From the NCBI RefSeq assembly GCF_009914755.1, contig NC_060929.1: DNA of 64,000 nt, one strand, 5' to 3'. Positions within the stretch are counted from its first letter, which is position 1; the number at the start of each line of letters is the position of its first letter. Below the pieces are notes generated by a model. That model was not told the origin of the DNA and ran no database searches. It saw only the letters and a program-made list of their open reading frames with translations. Shown one piece after another: positions 12,886 through 27,250 of the stretch. A program made the position numbers and the translations under genes. This stretch comes from the human T2T-CHM13v2.0 reference genome, Homo sapiens.

Positions 12886-15800
12886 TCATTTTGTAGATAA
12901 GAAAACAGACTCAATGTGAAGCAACTGATTTATTTCCTGTAACCCAGGTAACAAATACCCCTCTGATTCCTGTTTTTGCCATCAAGGCATTGAAGCTGTT
13001 GCAGCCGCAATCTTCTCTCCTCTATGTCTTCCTCCCCCAGCTCCCTGACCTGAGTTTATATCCTCTTCACCATTTACCTAAAAATCTTGGCTGGTGCCTT
13101 GGTCTCAGACCCTGAAACGCCTCTGTGAACTCTAGGAAGCATGAATGTTAGGCCTTATGATACCAAAGAGAGCTAGGAAAGCCCAAAGAGCTCTCTCTTC
13201 AACCCCCAGAGAGGATAAAAACAGAAAAAGAGACACAAGGGGGTGTAAAACAGGGAATTCAAAGTCTCTCTAGCTTCCAACAAGCCAGCTTTAGCTTCCA
13301 AAGTCAATTATTCAGTGATAATTTACTTAGCGGCCTCTGGGACCAAAGGCAGTTTCTTCTACTACAACTTGTAAGTTAGAGACTATTTTCTTCTCTCTAC
13401 TGGACAGAGACACCCCATACAATTTCAGCTGAACAAAATAAAAATTGGTCTCAAATAATATGCTACTGCTTTTTTTTCTGTCATTACAGGTAATTGCATC
13501 CAGGGTTCTTCCTCCTCCCAGCCCATATTCAATTTTTGACTGAAGGTACAGTACCACAAAGCCAGAAAGCCTGTGGTTGCAGTGTCTTGCCTGCCATAAA
13601 TTTCTAGAGGCCATTATCATTAGGAGTCTAGATTTGTCTCACAACTACAGACTTTCAGTTTGAAAGGAAAAGAAAAAAATGATTGACATTGGATATGACG
13701 AAATTTTGTTTTTCCCAAATTTCATCTGGTGCTAAATACATACCCGGAGTTTCTTCTTGAGATCTCAGCTTTCCTATCATGATGATGAAGCAAATTAAAC
13801 ATGCATATAAATACTTGTGTCTAGCCACATAAATTGGTGAAATTGCCTATATGCAAAAATGTGTAATAAAAACAAGCAACATCGTCATTTCAACCACTGA
13901 GAATAAAATCCTTTAGGCTCATCCCTGCTATGGTGCAATCCAGGGATAAAGCCCTGAGTCAGCCTTGAGACAGTCTGGCCTGAGAACTTGAGCCCCTGTT
14001 GGAAAAACCCTGTGCAATGTGGTGATGCTAAGCAGCTTTATGGTTTTGTTAATGTTCTTCACCGGGTTTTATCTTACTCCACCGAGGCCACTGATCTTTA
14101 ATCATCACATTAGTGTCAGCTGTCAAACCTAAGAGCATTATGAACTAGGTTCTTGGAAAATGCAATGCCATCATTAATTTGTTAACCCTCTCAACCATCC
14201 CGTGAAGGGGGTTAGTACCACTCTCTTTTAAAATATGCTAACAAGAGATGTTACCCTCTCAAGGTCACATAGGATTTGTCACAACTAACACTATTCGGGG
14301 TATTTCCACCCTCACTCTAAGTTCTTGCCCAGGTTCGCTCGCTAAGGGGAAAGTGGACCAGCTAAACAAAGAGGCACCAGCACAAAAGGAAATGCCATTA
14401 AGGAGCAAAGGAGCTAGAGGAGTTTACCAAAGAGAAGCATAAACGAATAGGAGAGGAATGGAATGAGGCGACCCTAACAAAAATACATGCCGACTACATC
14501 TCAGAAAAGTTATCTCAGAAAACAAGAGAAAAAGAAAAAACTCTTTCCATTTCACTTAAGAAAAACTGTGTGTGTTCTCTTCCTGAATGCCAAGAGGTAG
14601 AAAATTCAGGAGACTTGTTTTCCAAAGATAAGGAGCTTACGAAGTATTCCACATTACTGCTCACCTATTTTAAAGGGGTTCATAAGCTTGTTTGACATAT
14701 CTCCTTCTGAAGTACTTAAAAATGCAGTTAATTTAAAATAATTGTTGGTACTAAATAAATAGCAAATATGCTGAAAGCATCAAATCAGGACTATATCTGA
14801 TCTTAGCCAGTTTCCCACAGGCTCAGTTCCCACTGGGCTGTAGAATGTTGATGCATGTCTGTGCCCGTATTCAATTTGGGAAGATAGGGGTGTGCTGTTT
14901 TCAGCCAGTAAGTTTATGGCAATTTATTATACAGCAATAGAAAATTAATACAGAAGCACTTTGTCTTCCCCATCACATTGGTATTGGGCTCTTCCCTTCA
15001 TATCACTATTTTCAAAACTCTACCTACAGGTGATGTCATGAGCATAAATAAGACACCTTCTTTTATTCAACCAGTTCCAGTGTCACCATTAATAATTATT
15101 CAACAGATGTTGCAGCTCTCTTGGTAATGTCTGTTGAACATAACCACCATTTACATTTTACATTTTAATCATGGCACTATAATATTTAGAGAGCTGGTAA
15201 AACTTAATAGAGCCACACAGCGTAAGTTTACACATGAATTTGCTCTTCTACAATCTGGTAAAGCCTCAAACATGAATCTTTTACCAAGGCATATAACACC
15301 AAAAGTGCAGCACAGTCATTTCATTGTTCTTATATTTTTCTTGCATAAATTTCATGTTTTTAAAGATATAAGTCTGACTTTTTTTTCATGTTCTCTTTCC
15401 TAGGTTCCAGTATATGAACTGGGAAGAAAACTCCAGTGAGAAGAGCAGAGAGTAATTTTTAAATCTATTTTACATAAGAATGCAAATAAGAGAGTCAATA
15501 AATGGTTCTATGATGTGACCATTATCATCAAGGGTAAAATCAGTCATCAAAAGCTATTACATGAGGATGGCTTGACCACAGGTAAGTAAAAAAAGAGCTG
15601 AATCAATCCTTGACTTAGAGAAAAAATTTTCCATTATCCTCTTACCATCCTCTGTAAAAGCTGTCTTTGTAGGCTTAAATTTTAATAAATACCTTCCTGG
15701 TCACTTTTTAAAATCCAAGACTACTGTACATGCCAGCTTCCAATTAAATGCATTCACAATTTTCTTTTTTAAAACAAATTCTCATCAATAAGAATTGCTA

Positions 15801-16359
15801 ATGATGGCTGGCTTTGGGTGGGTATAAATTAGAAAACATAGTCACCACCATTTTGTTGTTGTTTTTAAATATAAAAATAACTATTTTCTCTTAAAAAAAA
15901 AACACTGTAAAACAAAAAAAGCACTGAAAAAGTTTCAGTTTGGAGACCACCACTGAAACATTCTAATGCTTTCCAGTTTTTTCTATCACTATTTTATTAC
16001 TTTTATAATCAGAAGGAAAATATTTTAAGTAACATTTTCATCTAAGTAAAAACTGAAAATTTTTTTATTTCAGTATGAAATAAATACTATGAAAATAGTA
16101 TTAACATCCTATAGTGGGAAAAGGCACTGGTGGCCTTGCTGAGCTACTCATTTATCTTTGGGTAATCAAGTTAATCTTCAGATGCCCGTCAAATGTGAAA
16201 GTGGATGATCTTAAATACAGAGAATCCTTTCCCTCTACTCAAGCAGTCTTTGATTATGAGACATGAAAGTTTCCAAAAATTTTCCATAGGTCATTCTGGA
16301 AAGATGGCTATAGCAGCCATCTTTCCAGATATTAATTTAATACCAGCCTGGTATTAAAA

Positions 16360-17430
16360 TTTCTCTGAATTCCCACATAAAAATAAACAAAGCACTTACA
16401 CAGCAAAGCCCAAAGCTTGGAGACAAGGTGTGCCATTGAACAACAAAATACAAGCAGGTAAGAACAAACCAACATCATCCATAAGATCTGAGTGGCATCA
16501 GCTTGGGGAGAATCAGAGGAAAACAAGGCTGATGTATCTGAGAACTGGAAAACCCCTAAAAAACCAAAAAGAATTCACAGGAAAGTAAGGATGCCCAATT
16601 GGAGAATAGTAGCTAAAACTAGGAGGGGTTTTGCCTGACCAAAGAGTCAGTGCAAGGGGCCCACAGGAAGATTTGAAGAGGCTAACCTAGGCTAGTCCCT
16701 GTGAACTTTGGAGACTGCCCTCAGGACTGCCTTCCAGGAAGAGAAACTGCTGGGAGTGGAAACAAAATTGAACAGGATGGGAATAATAGAGACAAAGGAA
16801 AGAAAAGGTCCAGATAAAAGCAGGTAAAAGGAACAGAGCCAGACAGTGACAGAAAGCAGGCTGCCATTTTTGACAAGAAAACAACAGAAGGCTAGGTTCT
16901 AAACACTTTAGAAAGCCATTTTAAACCCTGCCTCCTGAAAGTTCAAGGAAATTATTTTTCACATGAAAATAAAAAACAGAAAAATACTGACGTCAAATCC
17001 CATACAAAGTTATACAAAACAAGGGCAGAACATCCTTATAAACCATAAAAGCATGCCACAACACAGAACAAAAACAAAATCCCCCAAACAAAAACACTCC
17101 AGATAATAGCCTACTATTTCAAAATAAACTAAAAGACATGAGACAGAAAAGAACGTTAGGAATTAGAAAAATTCAGAAGTGAGAAGAGTTAGAAATAAAA
17201 TGAAAATGCATTTCAGTAATGATGACTACACTGGAAGGCAAAAAAGAAAGGCTAAAAACAACACATAATACCCCAAGAGAAAAGGAAAAGAAAAAATTAA
17301 ATTAAAAAAGATTTAAAATATTTAAGATAGTAACAGATAAAGATAGGCAAAGATGATGTAACATAGAAATGATAGAAGTCCTTGAAAAATCAAAGCAAAG
17401 GAAGAAAATTAATATTAACAAGATAATTAA
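16360..17430 (+). mobile_element. Ancient L1M 5'/ORF1-like A-rich fragment
   Basis: Strong A/purine skew with decayed ORF1-like sequence; no intact ORF. Confidence 0.5.
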
Positions 17431-17432
17431 AA

Positions 17433-17894
<462 letters not shown>

Positions 17895-17961
17895 TTATCT
17901 TAAGATTAAATATTTAAAACAAAAAACAAAAGCAAACTAAAAACCTTTCCAGATCCCTTAC

Positions 17962-18075
17962 CTGTGCCTTGGCCAATTTCTTTTCCAGAAGGTCCCGTTC
18001 CCTCTCTGTTTGCTGGAGACGTTTATTAAGTTCCACTATATCTCCCTTTAGTGATGCCAGGGCTGCTGAATGGAG
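17962..18075 (-). CDS. MCC: MCC internal coding exon, 114 nt, phase 0/0, coiled-coil region (LHSAALASLKGDIVELNKRLQQTERERDLLEKKLAKAQ)
   Basis: Minus-strand acceptor ...ctgtcaccacAG|CTC and donor GCACAG|GTAAGG; 38 whole codons; peptide recognised as the N-terminal coiled coil of MCC; joins in frame to the 7766-7908 exon. Confidence 0.96.
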
Positions 18076-21000
18076 CTGTGGTGACAGAAAGGCGGAGATT
18101 AGAGTATTGTAGCAGAGATGTATTTCCTTCCCTTCATTCCCGCAACTAGTATAACCAAATAAAAAGCCTATCATCCAAAAAGCAACACTTTTGAGAATGA
18201 AGGTAAGTGTTATGAGTTTTGGGGACAACAGGCATAAGTCAGCTGTGCTACCAGCAAGCTGGGTTATATGGTCACCCTAAATATTATGTGTGGGACATGG
18301 GACCTAATTTTGCATGGTATAATCAGGCCAGAGAACAAAACTTCTCTTTCCAATGGCTTTCCCCAAGCTACTCAGTGAGGATGAGCCTGACAGCTGAAGT
18401 GGAGCTGCCTGATTCTAATCATGAGAGTCAAGAAAATCAGAACCATATTAATTTTCACCTTCGGAAAATATGAAAGCTGAATAGGGCAATTTGGATTTCT
18501 GGAATCCAGTCATCTAAATTGCTGCATATGTGACAGGCAGACAGGCACTGAGCATTAAGGGGAAAAAAGCAGCAGAGCTCATTTTTTAGATGGTCTCCTT
18601 GTACAGTTGACCCATTTATTTTCTTGTTGGGTCTTCCCTCCTCTTTGCCTCCCCACTTCCCCCGAAAGGCTGTACTGGCCAGACAGATGCTTATGTGCTA
18701 GCAGGCCCTCTTTCAGGAGCAGCACCAGAACTCTGACAAATGACGCTGTGAAAAGACAAACCAAGGATCAACTGAGGTATCTTTCTGCAGCCATTTCTCT
18801 GGGTTAACTGGAGTTAGAAAGAATGTTCTTCAAAAGATTAACAGGAGGCCCCACGTACATCCAGAATCTCAATCTGTTCAACTTCCAAGTTCTAAAGACT
18901 GGACTTTGGCTGCACACACACCTACCACACATGTGCCTTCTGTGATTTTCAGGCCGACGGATGGAACTATTTTTAAGACCCGTTCAACACACTGGTCCCA
19001 AAGCAACACCCTGAAACGTCCTTTGAAACCTTGAAACTTTCCATTCCAGGTGGAGCTCAGACCATCCCCTCACTGAATTCCATACTACATTTGGGTGAAC
19101 AACTGGAATTAGAACAAACCAACCCCTGGCTTTATAGGCTTTTTGTAGTCTTTGCCAAGAAGGATTTCAAGTAAGAAGTGAGCAAATACATTTGATCTTT
19201 AAAGATGGACACAGGACGATGGTACGTAACTCAACTTTGAAGATTCTCATTTGAGGCTTAGAAAAATGTGCTTTTCTGCAACCTGCCCTCCACACACAGC
19301 ATGTTGGCTGGCAGGCTTCAGGGTGAGGGTGGGGTGGGTGTTGAGTGAGGGAGAAGCAGATATAAGGCAGAGTGTGGGGTTTCAAAGCAGTTGTTTTTGT
19401 TAGACTCTAATAGCAGTAAATGTGACTTCACTTAATCGCATCGGAGCAGCAAACCAACAGATCAATAGCCGATTTGAAATCAGGAATGCTTAAAATTAAA
19501 AAAAGAAAATGTCAGGCAATCTGGCAGTATTTGTCTTCTGATGTAGGGCTAGGGTGGCTTGGAAAAGGTCACTGTGGGTTTCAGATACAACGTTTTGTGT
19601 GACGACTTCTCAGTACAAATACCACAGTGTTCCCGTTGTATAGTCTTGTTGAGATTGTTTTGTTTGGTGGAAGGGGAACGAATTCACTCCCTTTGATGGT
19701 TGGTTGCCCCCTCAGCCTTTGAACTGTCAGTCTGAGGATTTTTCTTCAGCATCTGACACTGTGGCATGTTACGCTATTATACCAACTCTTGAGAAAGGAT
19801 TTGCCACCTCACCTCCGGCGAAAAGGATAAAATACGTGAGAGCTGACATGTTCTTGAAGAAATTGAGGAGTGGGGATAAGGATCCCAGCTCTGTTAGCCT
19901 AGACTTGCTTCCTTCCTCATTATATCTCCCCTCCTACTTCTGGGGGAAAGGGCTGCTTGAAGGGGTTGGGGGAGGCCTGGAGGGAAAAGCTGAGAGAATG
20001 CTGCATGCTCCCCCACAGACTCCATGAACTGGGCCAGATGGAGACACACACAGAGTACTTACTTCCATCACAGACTTGGAAGAGGGGTCCAGGATGGGTC
20101 ACTATCATGGGGGAGAGCACCGGGCTTAGAGTGATAATACCTTCTGGCCTACCAGCTCTCCAGATTTCCAGGAAGAGCTGTCAGATGCCCAAGGGGGCAG
20201 GTCCCTTCACTTCTCTGGATGGAAGGTGCCTATGTATGAGGTGAGAACAGATTCCTTGAGAATCTCATGAATGCAATGGACCCTTCTACTAGGGCAGAGA
20301 TGAGTTTGGGATGCATGCATATTTTCCACCCAATTATGGTGATGACACACTCTGGAATCTATCTATGGGCCCCTCAATAAGAAACATCTGGACTTGATGT
20401 CAGCTCTGTGACCCCACATCAGTTTCAGAGACTGTCTCATGTGTCATCATCACAGATGTCTGAGTGGGGAAAAGAACTTTGGTACTGATGTCCCCGACTC
20501 CATAACTGCAGGTTAGGATCTGGAATCCAGAGACTGACTTGCTTACTCAAGGTCTCACAGTCAGCTGAGCACCAGGGCCAAGGCCACAGCACTCTTTTCT
20601 GGCTCTCTGGTATTGTACATGACAGAGTTTTCAGTTTGTTACTTGGATGAAAATTTTACTTAACATATCTTCTCTGATTATAAAAGTAATAAAATTGCAA
20701 CAGAAAAATAAACCAGAAAGAGCATTCTCATGTTTTAGTGATGGGCTTTGGGTGGTTTTAAGCTGTTTTTTTGTTTGGGTACTTTTTGTTTAATGAGCAT
20801 TTTTTCCTGAGTTATTTCTGTATTAAAGACACAATAAAATAAAGTGACTGTTTTCTGCATATGCAGGCTATAGCATAAATATTGTACAGGGTTATTTTGC
20901 TTCCTTGCTGCAGTCTGTCCACCAACTCTTCTGACAGAAGGAAAACCTGTAACAATGAGGTAGAATAAAATATGTCTCTTACTGTTACTGACAATTACTC

Positions 21001-21407
21001 CGCAGAGGCTACAACTAGAGAGAGCAGAAGTTGGAGTGGGGGAAGCCACCAACCAGCCATAAGCCACACTGCCTAGAATTGGCTGACAGACCACTCCTTG
21101 ACCTCCTGGACGGAGTAGGTGAGGAGAGGAGTGGACTTCCCACCACAAGTTTGAGTGCTGGACACTCAATCTCTGTGCATTTGAGTTCAGTGGCACTCCC
21201 TGTCCCACTGCATCATCAACTCAAGTCATCAAAAGCTGACATAACCTCCCCTCTTTTGGGGTTTCACCAGTCTCTGGCTTATTGGTGGCATTCCTGCAAA
21301 TTCAAAAGCTAGAGTGTTTGTGAGCGATGCTACATGAAGGAATTTGTGTAGTTGTGTGTTGGCAAGCATGAAAAAATTAGTTTAGAGGTCCCTCTAGGCA
21401 GTTAAAA

Positions 21408-22170
21408 CTTTTTTACTGAAATATAATATTTATACATATTTATGGGGTACATGTGATATTTTGATGCATGCATACAATGTGTAATGATCAAATCAGGATA
21501 TTTAAAATAACCATCACCACAAACATTTTTCATTTCTTTGTGCTAGGAACATTTCAAATCTCTTCTAGCTATTCTGAAATATACATTATTGCCAGCTATA
21601 GTAACCCTACTGTGCTACAGTAGGAGTTATTTCTTCTAACTGCATGTTTTTACCCATTAACCAACCTCTCTCTTCATCCCTCCCCCACTATCCTCACATT
21701 CTTCCCCACCTCTGGTATCTATCATTCTATTCTCTATCTCTGTGAGATCAACTTTTTTAGCTCCCAGTATGAGTAAGATCATGTGATATTTGTCTTTATG
21801 TGCATGGCTTACTTCACTTAACATAATGACCTCCAGTTCTGTCCACACTGCTGCAAATGACAGGATTTCACTCTTTATTATGGCTGAATAATATTCCACT
21901 GTGCATATGTACCACACTCTCTATATCCATTCATCTGCTGATGCACACTTAGGTCGATTCCGTATCTTGGCTATTGTAAACAGTGCTGCGATAAACATGG
22001 GGATACAGGTGTTCCTGTAATAAGCCGATTTTCTTTGCTTTGAACAAATACCCAAGTAGTGGGATTGGATCATATGTTAGTTCTATTTTAAGGGTTTTTT
22101 TAGGAACCTCCACACTGTTTTCCATAATGGTTGTCCTAATTTACATTCCCACCAACAGTGTATAAGAGTG
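21408..22170 (-). mobile_element. L1MA 3' end (ORF2 end plus 3' UTR)
   Basis: ORF 21657-21917 (-) MWYICTVEYYSAIIKSEILSFAAVWTELEVIMLSEVS matches the L1 ORF2 terminus; tacatatttatggggtacatgtgatatttt 3' motif. Confidence 0.9.
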
Positions 22171-22429
22171 CCTCCGGGTGATTTTTTAAAGGACTACCAG
22201 TGGGTTTAAATCTTGGAAAGATAAATGTACTAAAGCAACCAAAATTGTCAAGTATGTATAAATGGGAAATTATATTTATGCCAATTTTTGGGATCCCTTT
22301 AATCATATTCTGGTTTCTGAAATGGCCTCTAACTTGAGAGATTCAGACATATGAACTATGAAGTATGATGAAAAGAAAATGTTCCATGAACCAAAGAGAA
22401 AGAAAATACATGCTGTTTAGAGTCTGTGC

Positions 22430-22900
22430 TAGTGTCTTCCTCAACACATATTTCTCTTCATACTCAGGAGTCAGATGCTGATTTTTAGCTGGTCATATTT
22501 CTGCTCAGCGAAAATATTCCAGTTCCCATCCTTCAGTGTAGTTTGCGCTAGGTATAGCCATGTGACAAAGTTCTGGCCAGTGCGATGTAAGCAGAAATAC
22601 TGTGTGAGAGGTATGGGAAAATCTTTTTGAGAGGGCACATCCTTTTTCCTTTCATCCATCCTTGCTGTTTGGTATCTTATGTGATGGATGGAGCTCTAGC
22701 AGCCATCTTGTGCTACAAAGCTGAGACTCTAGGGAGCAGAAAGGTGCCTCAGTCCCTAGCAACTTTGTGGAGCCACCCCACCAGTTTTGGACCACCTAAC
22801 CCCAGACTTCTGTTACAGAACTGCAAGAAATAAACCTCTGTTATACAAAGCGCTATTAAGTTGAGAGTTTCTGGCAAATGAAGCTGATCTAATCCTAATT
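22430..22900 (+). mobile_element. Old MaLR LTR (MLT1J/K-like)
   Basis: tagccatgtgacaaagttctggcca...ggagctctagcagccatcttg...gaaataaacctct. Confidence 0.65.
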
Positions 22901-24361
22901 CACAGAATCAGATAAAGCTGGGTTCAAATCTTATCTATGCCACTTGTTGGTGGACTGTCTTTGCACAATTTAATCCCTTTTGTTGTAGGGCTGTGTCAAG
23001 ACAAATGATGGCATCCAGAAAGTGACTAGCAGGGTGGCTGGAACCAGGTAAGCACTCAACAAACGGGTTTGTTTGAAGTCAACAACCTTCTCAGGCAGAC
23101 CAAGCCCCATCAGAGGTGCTAGGGACACTCAGACTAGGAAAACAGTCCTGTCCTGGAGAAGCGTTATCACCTGGTAGATAGCACAGGACTAAGAAGCCAA
23201 TAGCTGCGTTGCCAGATTCTGCTGAAATCCTAAGGCTTAAGGAGCTGACAGCCAGGGCTCTTAGTTCTCTGTGAAATTTTAACATGAGGCCTAAACGAGG
23301 TTGGATAGAACCCTGACACTTTGTATACAAATCTGGATCTAGTGCATGAAGGATATAGATCCACACATTCCTCACATTTCTGGAGATAAAAGGCCCTAAT
23401 TCCCTAGGCTGTTTTGAGCCCTGCTTCACATTCATTTTACAGTGTGTATCCAAACGAAACTAAACCACCTGGACATTTGGCTGCAAGCTAACTGTCAAAA
23501 TGGTTATTTTTGGATAAAACATAACTTGAGTAAAATAATTTCACTGTTCAACTGACTCTAAGGACAAGCCCTCTTAGCCTCTGAGAGGAAAGGTGTCCAG
23601 CCCCCCTGAGCCCAGGTAAGAAGTGAGCAGTGCCCTCATGACAGACTCTCCCAGGGGTATCTCCTTTGCTAAGTGAATAGATGTCTATTCCGTTACATAT
23701 CTGCTGTGTGACAAAAGGCTTCACACTTCATAAGGTGCCCTTGAACTCTGCAGTCCAATGACTCTGATGAGAGCCCCTCCAGGAGTGTCACTGCATATTT
23801 CTGGTTATTAGGTGCTTCTGCATTTTGCTAACCCTGGCAATAAACACAGCAGACATGCCTACACTACCCAGTGCACACACCACTCTCCAGGCACCATCTC
23901 CTCTGACCTTCATCACGCCAGGACTCTGTGGCCTAAGGGCAAGCTATGCTTCCCGATTTGCTGAGGGACAACTATTTTTCCCATGAAACACAGTTGGTAA
24001 AAAGGAATACGATTTGAATAAAATGGTGGAGAACCTAGATTCATCTTTGTGGGACTTCAGTCTGTGCTTTGAACAGCACAGTCTTCAAAGGGCCCAAAGG
24101 CACCTGCAGCCACAGGTGAGGCAGAGGAATGAGTTCATCCCCACAGGCCCTATCTAGATACATGCACCTCATGCTGCTGAGGCACCTCATGGTGCTGAGG
24201 GCTGGGCCAGTCTTCCCGGCTTTGTTGGGAAGTGAGTTCATCTGGGGTAAACTGTGCTTGTTCTCTTTCTCCTTAACTTGGTCTGGCTACTTGAAGTGCT
24301 AGTTTAACACTCACTGCCAGCGTGCATCTATTGCCTTCCCACTGAGTAATGACAGGAGTTA

Positions 24362-24868
24362 CAGTGGTCTCCCCCTTAATGGAGGGAGGTCTGCTCCAAC
24401 ACCTGCAGTGGACGCCTGAAACCTCAGTTGGTACTGAACTCTATATACACTGTTTTTTCCTATACATACAAAGCTATGATAAAGTTTAATTCATAGTCAG
24501 AGATTCAAAATAATTAATAGAACAGACCAATTATTAACAATATGCCAGCACTGCTACTCTTATGCTTCGGGCCATTATGATGTAAAATAAGGATGACGTG
24601 AACACAAGCACTGTGATGCCATGGCATTTGATGTGATAACCCAGCTGGCTAATGGGTGGGGAGCACAGACAGTGCAGATATGCTGGACAAAGGAAGGAGC
24701 CCTTCCCCAGGTCGGACAAAGCAGCCCAGCACGCAAATGCATCAGCCTACTCAAAACAGCTTGCAATTTCAAACCTGCCAATTGTTTATTTTTGGAATTT
24801 TCCACTTAACATTTTCAGACTGCAGTTGACTGCAAGTAAATGACACTATGGGTAAGGGGGGACTACTG
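24362..24868 (+). mobile_element. MER44/Tigger7-family non-autonomous DNA transposon
   Basis: Terminal inverted repeats cagtggtctccccctta ... taaggggggactactg, with TA on both sides. Confidence 0.85.
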
Positions 24869-25390
24869 TACTATTCTGTCTTTCTAGCTGAGCCACTTGC
24901 TTTCCAGATACAAAGTATGCACAATTTTTGCTTATGTTTTAGTGATGACAATGGGTAGTGCCAACTTCTCTCATCCAGTGACAATGGGTAGTGCCAACTT
25001 CTCTCATTAAAGGACACTTAATTTCACTGAACTTAATTTCATTGAATACATATTTTTGGCAGGTTCCGCACTGCATGCTTCATACACTTTACCTGTTCCA
25101 TCAGCTGCAGAGGAAAGGCAGTGTCAAATCCCAATGCCAAAATCTGGGAATATTCTTGAGAATTCCAGGCCACCAGGCAGTAATAATGAAAGTAATAATA
25201 TTAATAGTTACCGTTTGCTGAATATTTATTGGTATCAGGGGCTTGGGCTAGGCACATTACATGCCATATCTTATTTAACCATCACCACAATGCTGTGAGA
25301 TATATGTTATTACCTCCTTCTGGCAAACGAGGAAACCAAGGCACAGAAGAGGGGTAGAAAATCAGCTGAAGTGAAGAAAACTAATAAATA

Positions 25391-25449
25391 TTAGGTTGGT
25401 GCAAAAGTAATTGCAATGGCAAAAACTGCAATTACTTTTTCCAACCTAA
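25391..25449. mobile_element. MADE1 (Hsmar1-derived MITE), internally deleted
   Basis: ttaggttggtgcaaaagtaattgc ... gcaattactttttccaacctaa palindrome. Confidence 0.9.
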
Positions 25450-27024
25450 CAGTACCGGAGATAATAACACACAAGGACCCTATGCTCAAATCTTCTCCAC
25501 TATGCGCATCACTGGCACCTCCAACTCAACATACCACGTCTCTCCCTTGCCCGAGGGATGCGTAAACCTGCTTGTGTCCATGTATGTGTGTGTGGAGGGG
25601 TGGATGTGGGGCGGGGGTGAGGTGTGTGCACAGGCAGGGCTGGAGACATGGGAGAAGCAGGGTCAGGGTTTTCGTGATGGCAGCACCCATGTGATTTTGG
25701 GTGGGAGCAAGAAGGGTGGCAGGGCAAGTCCTCCAATGCTGTGATGAAGCTTGGGGCTCAGCTTGGTATAAATGTGGGTGATTCTCTTTGTCCTTTCTGT
25801 GCTTTTTTGTCCTCTGTAGAAGGGTTTGTATCGGATTACCTCTAAGATTCTTCTGGTTTTAAACTTGTAACATGCTTGCCTGGCATGTTCACCTGTCCAG
25901 GCACCTGAGTTCTGCACTATGGGCTTTGCATACTTTATTTGTCCACTGGTCCCAGAAAAATCTGCTGAAGCTCAAATATTTAAGGAAGCTTCACTCTATA
26001 CAGAACTGTTCACCCAAGATCTTTTCCCTAAAAATGGAATGAGTTTTCAGAATCACACATCGTCTTACCACTGGCAAGGGAATTTGAGAACATCTAGTCC
26101 AATTCCTTCATTGTAGAGAAATGAAACTGAGACTCAGAGAGGTTCAAGGTTCATCAAATTCAGATTTCCTGGTTCCCTGTCCAGAGGCTACCTCTCTCCC
26201 AATGGCAATCCAAGAGCTCGTGGGTAGTCAATAAAATATGTATGTCCCAGCTATCCTTGGAGACAGCAAGAAACATCTGCACATGAAAAAGCCTCATTCA
26301 GCTTCCCATCCAAGACTCCACACCCAGGTGTTCTAATTCAGATACATACAGAACAAAATGCCTGGCAAAAGGGTAGTGTTCCCTGCTAGATGGATACCAT
26401 CAGGCCTGTTCAGTGACTTCTAGGACTGGAACATTCCTCTTTACTACCGGAATTCCAGCTAGGGGCACCTGCTATGTAGTATTTCAAGAAATGCTGCTCA
26501 TAGTCTTGAAAGTTAAAACTCATTAAATATAATCTAAATTATAAATTAAAGATGTCTCACTGCATGGAAATCACTTTTGTGTGCCCTGGATCAACTCAGA
26601 AAGCAGCAGCTTTTCATCTTTCCTTTTACCTGATAATTTCATTGAGAGGTCAGTGGCCCCTGAATTATTTCTTAAACCTCAGCTGAAATTCAGTTGCTCA
26701 AAACAGCATTCAAAGGCTCCTTCAACACCGCAGCAGTGGGACACCATTTATACAAGAAAGATTAACCCTACCCAAGGATGGCTGATATAGGGAACAGTGC
26801 CAGATCACAAAGCAGGCCCAGGTACTCACTGTGAAAGCTGTCATACTGGTCCCTAGGACCCACTTAAAGCCACACCTCCCCTTCTTCAAATAAATGGTTA
26901 GGAAATGGCTCCCAAGGGGGAGAGGTGTCTGAGACTGACAATCAGCTTTAAAGATGACCCACAATCCCATCCCATCTGTAAACATATGCTCCCCTGAAAA
27001 TATGTCCCATCATAATTTTTACTG

Positions 27025-27250
27025 GCTAACACAACTGCTTGCTATGTGCTAGATTGCTATACTCAGCATATAACATGCATTTTTCTCAACTATTCTTCAC
27101 ATAGCTTTATGAGATGGGTAGTGCTGTTATCTCCAATTTAAAGAGGTAGGAATTGAGACTTAGAGGTTAAGTAACTTGTCAAGCTAGTAAGTAACAGAGC
27201 CAGAATGAAAGCCCAGGTCTGTCTAACCCCAGGGTCTTGTTCATAACTAC
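27025..27250. mobile_element. MIR
   Basis: Core motif gaattgagacttagaggttaagtaacttgtc...aagtaacagagccaga. Confidence 0.75.
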
